From: an uncultured Gammaproteobacteria bacterium | GTDB lineage: Bacteria; Patescibacteriota; Patescibacteriia; VMEV01; CAZAJQ01 | Length of the DNA: 64,000 bases | Assembly: GCA_964485795.1 (NCBI GenBank) | Contig: CAZAJQ010000005.1 | Coordinates: 4,678-68,677 of the forward strand | Direction: 5' to 3' | Part shown: positions 9,265 to 18,145 of the stretch, piece after piece | How the letters are laid out: each line of letters starts with the position of its first letter | Position numbering within the stretch: the stretch's first letter is position 1 | The notes under the pieces: generated by a model | Told to the model about the DNA's origin: nothing | Seen by the model: the letters and a program-made list of their open reading frames with translations, nothing else | Databases searched by the model: none | Position numbers and translations under genes: made by a program

Positions 9265-10353
9265 ATGGCCTCTTTTTTTATGAATACCGACATACTTTCG
9301 CTTTCGAAACAATTCATATCCATCCGATCCACGGCCGCAAATCCCAAAGAACGCGAACAAATATTGACACTGGCTTTATCGCATCTTACCGGATATACCG
9401 CTGAAACGTTTGAACGCAACGGCGTCAAAAGCGCTTTGATTTATAATTTTACCAAAAGGCCGAAAAAATTCAGATTGCTTCTCAACGGTCATCTGGACGT
9501 GATCCCGGCGAAAGAACATCAATTTACTCCAAAAATCGAAAACGACAGGCTTTATGGAGCCGGCTCCATGGACATGAAGGCCAATGCCGCATGCTTGATC
9601 GAAGCTTTTGCCATGACTGCGCATCAAGTTTCTTACCCACTTGCGCTTCAGCTCGTCACCGATGAAGAAATTGGCGGGTTTGACGGAACCAAATATCAGG
9701 TGGAGCAAGGCGTTTCCGCGGACTTTGTGATCGCCGGAGAACCGACGAATTTTGACATCGTGCACATGGCCAAGGGTATTTTACAGCTCAAAATTTCCGC
9801 AGCCGGAAAAACGGCTCATGGAGCTTACCCGTGGAGAGGAGAAAATGCGGTTTGGAAAATGAAAAAAGTTTTGGACATATTGCAAAAAAAATTTCCCATT
9901 CCAAAAAAAGAAGTCTGGGAAACGACTTTAAACTTGAGCAGCATCGAGTCGTCAAACAGAACGTTCAATAAAATCCCGGACGACTGCACGGTTTGGCTTG
10001 ACGTACGATTTGTACCCGAAGACGCAAAACATATTCTCAAAGATATCAAATCGTTGCTTCCAGAGGGATTCAGCGTTTTCGTGAACACCGATGAAGCGGC
10101 GCTCATGACCCCAAAAGACACCCCTGATATCCAGACTCTCAAAAAAATCACCGAGCGAATATTCGGCGACGCCATCAAACTCCGCGGTGCGAACGGCTCT
10201 TCGGACGCGCGCCACTATTCGAAGGTGGGCTGCCGCGGCATCGAATTCGGCCCCATCGGAGGAGGTATAGGCAGCGATGAGGAATGGGTGGACATACCCA
10301 GCCTGGAAACGTATTGTAAAATTCTGAAAGAATTCGTAATGACCATGAAATGA
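9265..10353 (+). CDS. M20 family metallopeptidase (ArgE/DapE-like deacylase)
   Basis: 362 aa. LLNGHLDVIPA, GAGSMDMKANAA, DEEIGG and GEPTN motifs (metal-binding His/Asp/Glu of the M20 family). Confidence 0.8.
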   Translation: MASFFMNTDILSLSKQFISIRSTAANPKEREQILTLALSHLTGYTAETFERNGVKSALIYNFTKRPKKFRLLLNGHLDVIPAKEHQFTPKIENDRLYGAGSMDMKANAACLIEAFAMTAHQVSYPLALQLVTDEEIGGFDGTKYQVEQGVSADFVIAGEPTNFDIVHMAKGILQLKISAAGKTAHGAYPWRGENAVWKMKKVLDILQKKFPIPKKEVWETTLNLSSIESSNRTFNKIPDDCTVWLDVRFVPEDAKHILKDIKSLLPEGFSVFVNTDEAALMTPKDTPDIQTLKKITERIFGDAIKLRGANGSSDARHYSKVGCRGIEFGPIGGGIGSDEEWVDIPSLETYCKILKEFVMTMK

Positions 10354-10440
10354 CACGACGTTGACGGCACCCTCGTCAACGGAATGAACACCCAGGTTCA
10401 TCCCTCCCGTTCATACACCCCTGTTAAACATGATCATTCC
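10325..10440. repeat. Dispersed repeat copy overlapping the 3' end of the M20 gene; paralogous to 12815-12925
   Basis: tgaaagaattcgtaatgacCatgaaatgacacga at 10325 matches 12815 (G instead of C) over 34 bp. It is followed by related hairpins (cgttgacgg..cgtcaacg, ccctcccgttcat...ctgttaaac). Confidence 0.6.
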
Positions 10441-10444
10441 GTTC

Positions 10445-10741
10445 TTATTTGCTTGATCCGCAAAATGTATTGTGAAGCCAGGCAACCAACCAGGTGCCGA
10501 TATAGGTATAAATGACCGCTTGCAATAGGCCGGCGATAAAACCGCCGAAAGTTATCGCGACATCGCCGGCAAATTTCTCCACATTGACCAAATGAATGAG
10601 CCAGCCGAGCAGTTGAAGCGAAAAATCCGGCCACAGTGTGACGATGACTGCGCAGAGCACATACAGTCCGCCCATTACGCCGCCTGCCGCCAAAGCAAAT
10701 CCATTTTTATTGATCTGACAATAGTGCTTTTCGTTGTTCAT
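10445..10741 (-). CDS. Small integral membrane protein (98 aa, about 3 TM), hypothetical
   Basis: Hydrophobic segments GVMGGLYVLCAVIVTLW, ITFGGFIAGLLQAVIYTYIGTWLVAWL. Last gene of a five-gene minus-strand operon. Confidence 0.55.
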   Translation of the reverse strand: MNNEKHYCQINKNGFALAAGGVMGGLYVLCAVIVTLWPDFSLQLLGWLIHLVNVEKFAGDVAITFGGFIAGLLQAVIYTYIGTWLVAWLHNTFCGSSK

Positions 10742-10778
10742 AGATTTATTGTTTTGTTGGTTATTCTGTTTTCAACCG

Positions 10779-10991
10779 TTACTTCAGACGGAACATCAAC
10801 TGCAATATGGTCCCAGCGACAATCATAAAAATGCCTGCTATCGTTAGCGTCCGCTCTTTCTTCATTGTCCGAAGCACGTCCGCATCTATTTTACGTTCTT
10901 TAAAAACATGCATGTGCACCATAAACACAGCAAAACCGATCGCTATCTCTCCCATGGTATTCAATAGAAAACCTATCGTGAACAGATTCAT
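10779..10991 (-). CDS. Small membrane protein (70 aa, 2 TM), hypothetical
   Basis: IGFLLNTMGEIAIGFAVFMV and LTIAGIFMIVAGTILQLMF. Tightly packed between neighbouring operon genes. Confidence 0.5.
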   Translation of the reverse strand: MNLFTIGFLLNTMGEIAIGFAVFMVHMHVFKERKIDADVLRTMKKERTLTIAGIFMIVAGTILQLMFRLK

Positions 10992-10994
10992 GTT

Positions 10995-11252
10995 CTATTT
11001 TTTTAATTCGTCAAATTTCTTTTTGAATTGATCTTCGGTTGCTCCGCCGAACGCAAAAAACTCATCATTCACAAGAATTCCGGGACTTGAGAGGATATCG
11101 TATTTTTGCACCAATGCTTGGCCTTCAGGGGTAATCATGTCAATTTCTTCAATCGCAAGCTCCGGATAATCTTTTTTCATTTTCTCAAGAGTGGCTTTCA
11201 CCGCTATGCAATGCTGACAACCGGGGGGATGGATAAGGGTTACTTTAATCAT
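10995..11252 (-). CDS. Thioredoxin-fold redox-active disulfide protein (Thioredoxin_3 / TIGR00412-like)
   Basis: 85 aa. CxxC motif PGCQHC near the N-terminus, and a cis-Pro-like SSPGILV motif. This family typically pairs with permease or CcdA genes. Confidence 0.7.
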   Translation of the reverse strand: MIKVTLIHPPGCQHCIAVKATLEKMKKDYPELAIEEIDMITPEGQALVQKYDILSSPGILVNDEFFAFGGATEDQFKKKFDELKK

Positions 11253-11260
11253 AAATTTGG

Positions 11261-11473
11261 TTATTGATTGCTTCTTATACTTTGCTTATTCGCATTCGAC
11301 CTCGCGCGAATCGCTCGTGCAATGATACCTGCGCCGACAATGACGATAATGGCTACGAAGGGGCCAATCCAATCAGCTTCGGCAAGATTGGATACCTCCG
11401 TTTCCTCTTCGTGGGCAAACACCTGCGGCGCCGAGGAAAGCAAGAGTGCAAGAGCGGTAAGAAGTATTTTCAT
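11261..11473 (-). CDS. Small exported, membrane-anchored protein (signal peptide, acidic HEEETE segment, C-terminal TM)
   Basis: MKILLTALALLLSSAPQVFA signal; TM PFVAIIVIVGAGIIARAI. The start 11473 abuts the stop of the upstream CcdA-like gene (translational coupling). The ORF track start at 11554 is rejected as an overlap. Confidence 0.5.
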   Translation of the reverse strand: MKILLTALALLLSSAPQVFAHEEETEVSNLAEADWIGPFVAIIVIVGAGIIARAIRARSNANKQSIRSNQ

Positions 11474-12438
11474 AGATTTGTCGTTTCTGCTTTTTGTTTG
11501 CGAAAAGCATCCCAGAGGATAATGGCACCAATAATTCCGGCGAAGACAAGCCACGGGACGATTCCGCCGGTTCCCTGCGGGAGATTGAGCGATGATTCAA
11601 TGACCGCGGACTCGGCAATTTTGGGAAATGTTATTTCCAAAAATCTGTTCCAGCCCTGATGAACAATTGAATCTTCAAACCACGCCATTCCGAAAAATCC
11701 ATAATTGAAGATAAAAGCACCAAGCCCGACTAAAGCCCAAGCAACCAGGCCTTTCACTTTGTCTTGATATGCGGAGAGCTTATTCATCGCGTTCACGCCT
11801 AATAGAGCAAGAACAACAAGAAAAAAAAGAGGAACGATTCGTCCGAGACCATGAAGCGCGCCAAGCGACGCGCCGACAGTCGGGATGCCGAGAGTCGCTA
11901 CATATCCAAAGAGAATATAGAAAGCGGGGTTGGGGCAGCCTACGCCGGCATTGCCGAGAAAAAATCCCAAGAAAAAACTGCGTATATAATCGTTTTTATC
12001 CTGCAGAAAAGTCGGAAGAATAGTCTGCTTGAAGGGCAATTTGAATTTGATCAGATTGAGCTCTGAAATACCGAATGTCAGTGCCGCAACACCACCAAGA
12101 ATAAGCATCCAGCTGATAACCCGATAGAGCTCCACGAATCCTCCAAGCCAGCCAAGAGCCATCCCGTAGAGAGCGAAAGTTACGGTAAGCCCTGCGCCGA
12201 AAAGAAACGCCATCATTAGTCCCTTGCCGATTTTCTTTGAGAGCGCGAGCGGCACGATGACAAATACCAAGGGGAAAGTGCACGGCAAAAAAATCATGGA
12301 AAGGCCCGCGAGGAACGACAAAGAGTATCCGGGGATGAATTCCGGAGATGTCCACAAGCTAAAAAACCCGATAATGATTATTGAAAAGAGGATGAAGGCG
12401 GCGGATACCAGCCAGATTTTAAGGGTTTTTGAATTCAT
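11470..12438 (-). CDS. CcdA/DsbD-family transmembrane thiol-disulfide electron transfer protein (cytochrome c biogenesis protein transmembrane region-like)
   Basis: 322 aa, polytopic. Conserved Cys within TM segments (FLPCTFPL, GVGCPNP). First gene of the operon with the thioredoxin-like protein. Confidence 0.6.
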   Translation of the reverse strand: MNSKTLKIWLVSAAFILFSIIIIGFFSLWTSPEFIPGYSLSFLAGLSMIFLPCTFPLVFVIVPLALSKKIGKGLMMAFLFGAGLTVTFALYGMALGWLGGFVELYRVISWMLILGGVAALTFGISELNLIKFKLPFKQTILPTFLQDKNDYIRSFFLGFFLGNAGVGCPNPAFYILFGYVATLGIPTVGASLGALHGLGRIVPLFFLVVLALLGVNAMNKLSAYQDKVKGLVAWALVGLGAFIFNYGFFGMAWFEDSIVHQGWNRFLEITFPKIAESAVIESSLNLPQGTGGIVPWLVFAGIIGAIILWDAFRKQKAETTNL

Positions 12439-12814
12439 AACTTTTCACAAAGTTTTATCCTCTATCTTTTTGCAAAACGCATGAATATGGATATTCCATC
12501 GCGTATCATTGCCAAGGATAAAAAAATATTTCATGGGATTCGTGAACAAATCACTTCATCATATGAATGGTAATTCATATATGCTGCTATGGCAAATAAC
12601 GGATTGTCCGCATTCATGACAAAGGACTTCCCATACTCAAATTCAACCGCTCAATTGGGAAATATCCTCGATGAATGATAAGACAACGATTTTTATTGCC
12701 TCTGAACGATGTGGGAACATCGTAAAGAATTCACCGCATCGTCAATCATGTTTTTGTTAAATAAAATGATAATGGCAGCAGAAGCGTCATTTGCAGGACT
12801 GGCGTAAGACCAAC

Positions 12815-12960
12815 TTGAAAGAATTCGTAATGACGATGAAATGACACGAAAAAGGAGGGGTATCCCCCCCCCTCCCGATTCATCCTCCTGTTTAACGCCC
12901 CCCTGTCATCCTGAGCCTGTCGAAGGATGACAGGACTCGTCAGTACCCCCCTCCTTCGAA
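12815..12960. repeat. Dispersed repeat copy (PEPVEG/VILSLSKD-type hairpin element) next to tRNA-Gly
   Basis: A 34-bp near-identical match to 10325-10358. Perfect 10-bp IR cctgtcatcc-N13-ggatgacagg. Outer IR aaggagggg ... cccctcctt. The core GTCATCCTGAGCCTGTCGAAGGATGAC is related to 39137-39163. Confidence 0.6.
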
Positions 12961-12982
12961 TAGGTAAATGAACGGATTTTCG

Positions 12983-13055
<73 letters not shown>

Positions 13056-13275
13056 CATGAAATGAGATTCACTCACGAACCTAGCCATTCCGAGGACGTA
13101 AGAATATTGTAAAGGTATTTCTTATTTTGTCAAAGAATGGCCGTTTTTTTTGACTCTGTGAGTCTTTCATGTTACATTCAATGGCACATGAAAAATTGCA
13201 GAAAGCCGCAAAAGTTTTTTTATTTTATAAATATTTTTTTTCGAATTCTTCATTGAATTCATATCCATCCCCACC

Positions 13276-15240
13276 ATGAACGTCACCGAACTCGCACGCA
13301 GGCTCAAAATCCCACCGCAGGAACTTCGAGAAACTTTGCCGAAGATGGGTTTTGATTTTGGAGGAAAAGCCGTCAAAATTCCCGACCATGTGGCCTATAA
13401 AATCATGCGTGAATGGGATCATCTCATGAAAAAATTTTTTCCCGCTCAAGTCAAAAAACTCGAAGAAAAAATAATTTCCGAACCCCATGAAATCCAAGAA
13501 ATAAAAATCCCGAAAATCATCACCGTCAAAGACTTTGCGGCCAAGATGAATACACCGGTCGTCAAAGTTCTGGAAAAACTCATGGCAAACGGCATTTTTG
13601 TCTCCCTCAATGAGCGCATTGATTTTGACACCGCCAGCATCATCGCCGATGATTTCCATTTTAAAGTGCTCGAAGACACCGCCACCCGTATCGAAGAATC
13701 CGATGACGAAAAAAAACTCGCATCCATTCTCGAAGGTGAAAAAAAATCCGCTCTCAAAAAACGCCCGCCGGTGGTGGTCATCATGGGACATGTGGATCAT
13801 GGCAAAACTTCGTTGCTGGATGCCATCCGAAAAACCAATGTCGCAAGCGGAGAAGCGGGCGGCATCACGCAACATATCGGCGCTTATCAAGCCGAAAAAA
13901 ATCGCAAAAAGATCACATTCATCGACACTCCCGGACATGAAGCGTTCACCGCCATGCGTTCGCGCGGAGCGAAAGTCGCAGATATCGCGATTCTCGTGGT
14001 GGCAGCCGATGACTCCATCAAACCGCAAACCGTGGAAGCCATCAAAATCATCGAGCAGGCCAAGCTTCCTCTCATCGTCGCCATCAACAAAATCGACAAA
14101 CCAGACGCCAATATCGATAAGGTGAAGCAGGATCTCGCGCAAATGAACCTCATCCCCGAAGATTGGGGGGGCAACACCGTCATCGTCTTGGTATCAGCTC
14201 TCAAAGGAACCGGGATTCCGGAATTGCTCGACATGATTTTGCTTGTGGCGGATTTGCACAAAAACGATATACGCGCCAATCCAAAAAGAAACGCCCTTGG
14301 AACCATCATCGAGTCGCGTGTGAATAAAAATATCGGCGCCGTCGCAACGGCCGTGATACAGGCTGGCACCCTCCATATCGGCGACTCACTCGTGGTGCAA
14401 AACGCTTTGGCAGGCAAAGTGCGAGCCATGGAAGATTGGAACGGAAAATCCGTCGATGAAGCCGCCCCATCCATGCCGATTAGGATCATCGGTTTTAAAA
14501 TCGCCCCGAAAGTCGGCGATATCCTCGAAGCGACCGAAGACACCAAAGGGCTCAAAAAACAAACCAAACGTTTTGAAAAGCAGGCTGTGGTGGTAATCAA
14601 AAAGGAAGAGGGCGAAACCAAAAAAGAAACGATCAATATCGTTTTAAAAACCGATGTTTTGGGATCGTTGGAAGCCATCATGGAATCTTTGGAAAAAATT
14701 CATCATCCGGACATATCCGTAAAAATCATTTCCAAAGGATTGGGGAACATCTCCGAAAACAATGTTCTCGAAGCTCAAACCGCCGATGCTCTTTTACTCG
14801 CATTCAACGTCAAAACGGCTCAGGGTGCGGAGAAATTGGCGAAGGAAAAAAATATTCCCGTTCGTTTTCATAAAATCATCTACCATCTTATCGATGAAGT
14901 GAAAAAGGAAATGCAAAAAAAACTTTCTCCGCAAGTCATTCGCACCATTGTGGGAAAAATGAAAATATTGTCGATTTTTCGCACCGAAAAAGACATGCAA
15001 ATCTTCGGAGGAAAAATCCTTGAAGGCAAGGCGATGGAAAAAGCGAAAATCGACATTTATAAAAATGAAAACTTCAAAGCCTCAGGTGAAATTTTTCAAT
15101 TGCAAGCGGGAAAAGAAAAAGTGCGTGAAGTTTCCGCCGGACAGTCCTGCGGCATCGAATATCGAGGTCCTGCGATCGTCGAGGCCGAAGACACGGGTGT
15201 GATCTACACCGAAGAGAGCAAGGAACAAACAATCGTTTGA
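13276..15240 (+). CDS. infB: Translation initiation factor IF-2
   Basis: 654 aa. GTPase G1 motif VVVIMGHVDHGKTSLLD, DTPGHEAF and NKIDK motifs, followed by the beta-barrel domains. rbfA follows immediately. Confidence 0.9.
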   Translation: MNVTELARRLKIPPQELRETLPKMGFDFGGKAVKIPDHVAYKIMREWDHLMKKFFPAQVKKLEEKIISEPHEIQEIKIPKIITVKDFAAKMNTPVVKVLEKLMANGIFVSLNERIDFDTASIIADDFHFKVLEDTATRIEESDDEKKLASILEGEKKSALKKRPPVVVIMGHVDHGKTSLLDAIRKTNVASGEAGGITQHIGAYQAEKNRKKITFIDTPGHEAFTAMRSRGAKVADIAILVVAADDSIKPQTVEAIKIIEQAKLPLIVAINKIDKPDANIDKVKQDLAQMNLIPEDWGGNTVIVLVSALKGTGIPELLDMILLVADLHKNDIRANPKRNALGTIIESRVNKNIGAVATAVIQAGTLHIGDSLVVQNALAGKVRAMEDWNGKSVDEAAPSMPIRIIGFKIAPKVGDILEATEDTKGLKKQTKRFEKQAVVVIKKEEGETKKETINIVLKTDVLGSLEAIMESLEKIHHPDISVKIISKGLGNISENNVLEAQTADALLLAFNVKTAQGAEKLAKEKNIPVRFHKIIYHLIDEVKKEMQKKLSPQVIRTIVGKMKILSIFRTEKDMQIFGGKILEGKAMEKAKIDIYKNENFKASGEIFQLQAGKEKVREVSAGQSCGIEYRGPAIVEAEDTGVIYTEESKEQTIV

Positions 15241-15249
15241 TAAGCCGCT

Positions 15250-15594
15250 ATGCTGAAAACAACCGAGCAAATCAATGCGTATCTCCAAAAAACGCTGGCC
15301 GAAATCATCCAAAAATGGGTGGATATCCCCGATGAAACGCTCTTCACCATCACGAGAGTGCAAACCAGCCCGGATCATAAGCATGCGAAAATTTTTTTTA
15401 CTGTATTTCCTGAAATCAGGGAAAATACGGTATTTGATATTCTGAAAAAAAACATTTATTCGCTGCAGAAGCAGATAAATCAAAACTTCGCGTCAAAAAA
15501 AGCTCCCCAGATCTTTTTCACTCCCGATCTTCACGTGAAAACCGCGTACGCCATCGACACAATTTTGGATTCGCATTCTTCCGAGCAATCGTGA
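15250..15594 (+). CDS. rbfA: Ribosome-binding factor A
   Basis: 114 aa. It sits directly downstream of infB, the canonical operon order. KH-like fold signature in TITRVQTSPDHKHAKIFF. Confidence 0.8.
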   Translation: MLKTTEQINAYLQKTLAEIIQKWVDIPDETLFTITRVQTSPDHKHAKIFFTVFPEIRENTVFDILKKNIYSLQKQINQNFASKKAPQIFFTPDLHVKTAYAIDTILDSHSSEQS

Positions 15595-15636
15595 GATTTT
15601 ACAAAATGGTTTGAGCGACTTCGATGTCGCCTGTTT

Positions 15637-15658
15637 CTTCCCGTAGGGAAGATTTTTT
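15637..15658 (+). terminator. Intrinsic terminator after rbfA
   Basis: cttccc-gta-gggaag hairpin followed by a TTTTTT run. Confidence 0.55.
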
Positions 15659-15682
15659 GTTTCATTGAAACGAAAACTACTC

Positions 15683-15822
15683 GCGCTTATCGACAAAGCT
15701 CACCCCTGCCCGACTCGAAATTCACCCCTCCGTCATCCTCCGCTGCGCTCCGGATGGCACCTCCCCTTGTCCAAGGGAAGGTGCCCGAAGGGCGGAGGGG
15801 TGAGTTCCGTCGATAAGCGCGC
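15683..15822. mobile_element. MITE-like element, about 140 bp, with 25-bp terminal inverted repeats enclosing the CCCCTTGTCCAAGGG / GCCCGAAGGGC repeat core
   Basis: Left arm gcgcttatcgacaaagctcacccct. The right arm is the reverse complement of aggggtgagttccgtcgataagcgc (21/25 match). The internal sequence is shared with 3985-4045. No ORF is present. Confidence 0.5.
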
Positions 15823-15915
15823 GTTAAAGCGGTCTCCCGCTTACCGGCTTTTTCACGAAAAATTGACAAGGTATTTCGGATACCGTATCTTTGATAGTTC
15901 TCTATACATCGGACT

Positions 15916-16893
15916 ATGCAAGAATTTGAAATACTTCACAAAAAACTTCACGATGACATGCTCGAATCCGTGCACGTTCTCATCGTCATTCACCAGATGC
16001 CCGATTCGGACTGCATCGGAGCCGCGCTCGCTTTCAGCATGTATCTTGATACGCTGAAAAAAAAGAATCGCATCTTTTGCAAAAACAAACCCGGAAAACA
16101 ATTTGATTTTTTGAAAAAAATAAAAAACATCTCAGATGACATGAATTTTTTTCGTGAAAAACGCTTTTCCCATATCGTGGTTTTGGACTGTAGCGACCTG
16201 CACTATGCCGGAGTCGCGGATTTCGTCCCGCAGCTTGAATGGAAACCTCGCCCAAAAATCATCAATCTCGATCACCATGTCACCAACGAGTATTTCGGAA
16301 ATCTCAATCTCGTGGATCCATTCTCTTCATCCACGTGTCAAATACTTTACGATTTTTTCAGAAACAATCAGGTTCGCATCGACAAAGACATGGCAACCGC
16401 GCTTTTGTCCGGAGTCATCGGAGACACGGACTCCTTTTCCAATCCCGCCACCACGTTTTCATCGCTTGAATGCGCTTCTCATCTTCTCAAGCTCGGCGCG
16501 CATTTTTTCAAAGTCAGCAATCATTCTTTCAAAAACAAAACCGTTTCATCTCTTCGCGTATGGGGGAAAGTTTTGGCTCGTCTGCAGCTCAATCCGAAAC
16601 TCGGCATCGCATCCACCGTCATCACACGGGAAGATCTTTCCGAATGCGGGTCATCCGAAGAGACGTCACTTGGCATCACCAATTTTTTGAATAATCTCAA
16701 TGGAAGCAAGGCCGTGCTCGTGCTCAAGGAAACCGGCGACGGAAAAATCAAAGGCAGTCTTCGAACCACTCGCGGAAACATCGACGTTTCAAAAATCGCA
16801 AAGATTTTCGGAGGAGGAGGACACAAGAAAGCCGCAGGTTTTTCTCTTGCGGCAAAGATTCAGAAAAACGGGAAAGGATGGGAAGTCGTGTAA
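15916..16893 (+). CDS. nrnA: DHH-family phosphoesterase NrnA (oligoribonuclease / pAp phosphatase)
   Basis: 325 aa. DHH motif (NLDHHVTN), Asp-rich metal site HQMPDSDCIGAA, and the DHHA1 GGGH motif (GGGGHKKAAGF). Positioned downstream of infB-rbfA. Confidence 0.8.
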   Translation: MQEFEILHKKLHDDMLESVHVLIVIHQMPDSDCIGAALAFSMYLDTLKKKNRIFCKNKPGKQFDFLKKIKNISDDMNFFREKRFSHIVVLDCSDLHYAGVADFVPQLEWKPRPKIINLDHHVTNEYFGNLNLVDPFSSSTCQILYDFFRNNQVRIDKDMATALLSGVIGDTDSFSNPATTFSSLECASHLLKLGAHFFKVSNHSFKNKTVSSLRVWGKVLARLQLNPKLGIASTVITREDLSECGSSEETSLGITNFLNNLNGSKAVLVLKETGDGKIKGSLRTTRGNIDVSKIAKIFGGGGHKKAAGFSLAAKIQKNGKGWEVV

Positions 16894-17011
16894 AGCCACT
16901 CTCGAAAAATACTTTTTTTTCATACATTCAAGAGTACGTGAAAAACCACCTTCTTAAGAAAGTAGACTTTTCCAAAAAAAATCGCTACAATACTGAAATC
17001 CCCCAAACTTC

Positions 17012-18139
17012 TTGAGGGATTTTTTTATTGAAAGCCTTTTTTGTTTTTCTTACATTATGCGAAGCGATCTCCCCCACCTTTTGGCCCTGAGCCAATGTCC
17101 GCTTGTCGGAAATACGTCCCTCCAAAAAATGAAAAAACATTTCGGCGATTTCGACGCGGCGTCGAAGGCGGCAATGACCGAGCTGCAAAAAGCGGGACTC
17201 AATGCAAAACAAATCGAAAACTTGTCGCAACACAAAAAGACCTTTGATTCATCGGCGTATTTTGCGGAAACGAAACGAAAAAACATCCGCATCACAACGC
17301 TCTGGGACAGTGACTTTCCGAAACTCCTCAAAGAAATTTATCGTCCGCCAAGCATACTCTACAGCAAAGGAAATTTTTCACTCTGCGACTCCGTATGCGT
17401 GGCCGTGGTGGGGTCTCGGAAAATGACGCCTTACGGGAAAAAAGTAGTCACCAAAATCACGGAAAAACTTTGCGAACACGGTATCACGGTGGTCAGCGGC
17501 TTGGCTCTCGGAATCGACGGCGAGGCTCATAGCGTTTGCCTGCAAAACGGCGGCAACACCATCGGCGTTTTGGCTTCGGGAATCGAAACCGTTTATCCGT
17601 CAGCGCATCACCCTCTGGCGAATCAAATCTCGCAAAAAGGGCTTCTCCTTTCCGAATTTCCCATACATGCCAAACCCGCCAAAGAATACTTCCCCATCCG
17701 CAATCGCATCATCGCGGGACTTGCAAAAGCCACCATCATCGTGGAGGCCAAAGAAAGGTCCGGAGCGCTTATCACGGCGTACAGCGCGCTCGAAAACAAT
17801 CGCGAAGTGGTGAGCGTCCCGGGAAATATCGACCAGCCCGGATCAAAAGGGACCAATGAACTCATCTCCAAGGGCGCAAAAATGTATCGCTCGTTTCAAG
17901 ACATTCTCGACATTCTCAATATCGATCCCCGTCCGAGCGCGACACCTCGATATATTGCGGAAAATGAAATTGAGAAGTATATTTTAAAACGTCTTTCGGA
18001 CGGCATGCTCGAAGTGAACTTGCTTTTGGCCGACGCCGCGTATCCGAAGTCTCAAATGCTCGCAACCATTTCACTGCTGGAGCTCAAAGAAGTGATCGCA
18101 AAAAACGGCACCGCCGTTTCGATGAAATCCATGACATAG
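17012..18139 (+). CDS. dprA: DNA processing protein DprA (Smf)
   Basis: 375 aa. Rossmann-like core VAVVGSRKMTPYGKKV ... VVSGLALGIDGEAH ... ERSGALITA typical of DprA. The true start may be the internal Met at about 17057. Confidence 0.8.
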   Translation: MRDFFIESLFCFSYIMRSDLPHLLALSQCPLVGNTSLQKMKKHFGDFDAASKAAMTELQKAGLNAKQIENLSQHKKTFDSSAYFAETKRKNIRITTLWDSDFPKLLKEIYRPPSILYSKGNFSLCDSVCVAVVGSRKMTPYGKKVVTKITEKLCEHGITVVSGLALGIDGEAHSVCLQNGGNTIGVLASGIETVYPSAHHPLANQISQKGLLLSEFPIHAKPAKEYFPIRNRIIAGLAKATIIVEAKERSGALITAYSALENNREVVSVPGNIDQPGSKGTNELISKGAKMYRSFQDILDILNIDPRPSATPRYIAENEIEKYILKRLSDGMLEVNLLLADAAYPKSQMLATISLLELKEVIAKNGTAVSMKSMT

Positions 18140-18145
18140 CCCTTT

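Noticed and set aside
13225-14681. 305-aa and 264-aa minus-strand ORFs
   Set aside because: Antisense to infB, which has unmistakable GTPase motifs. Low-complexity composition. Spurious.
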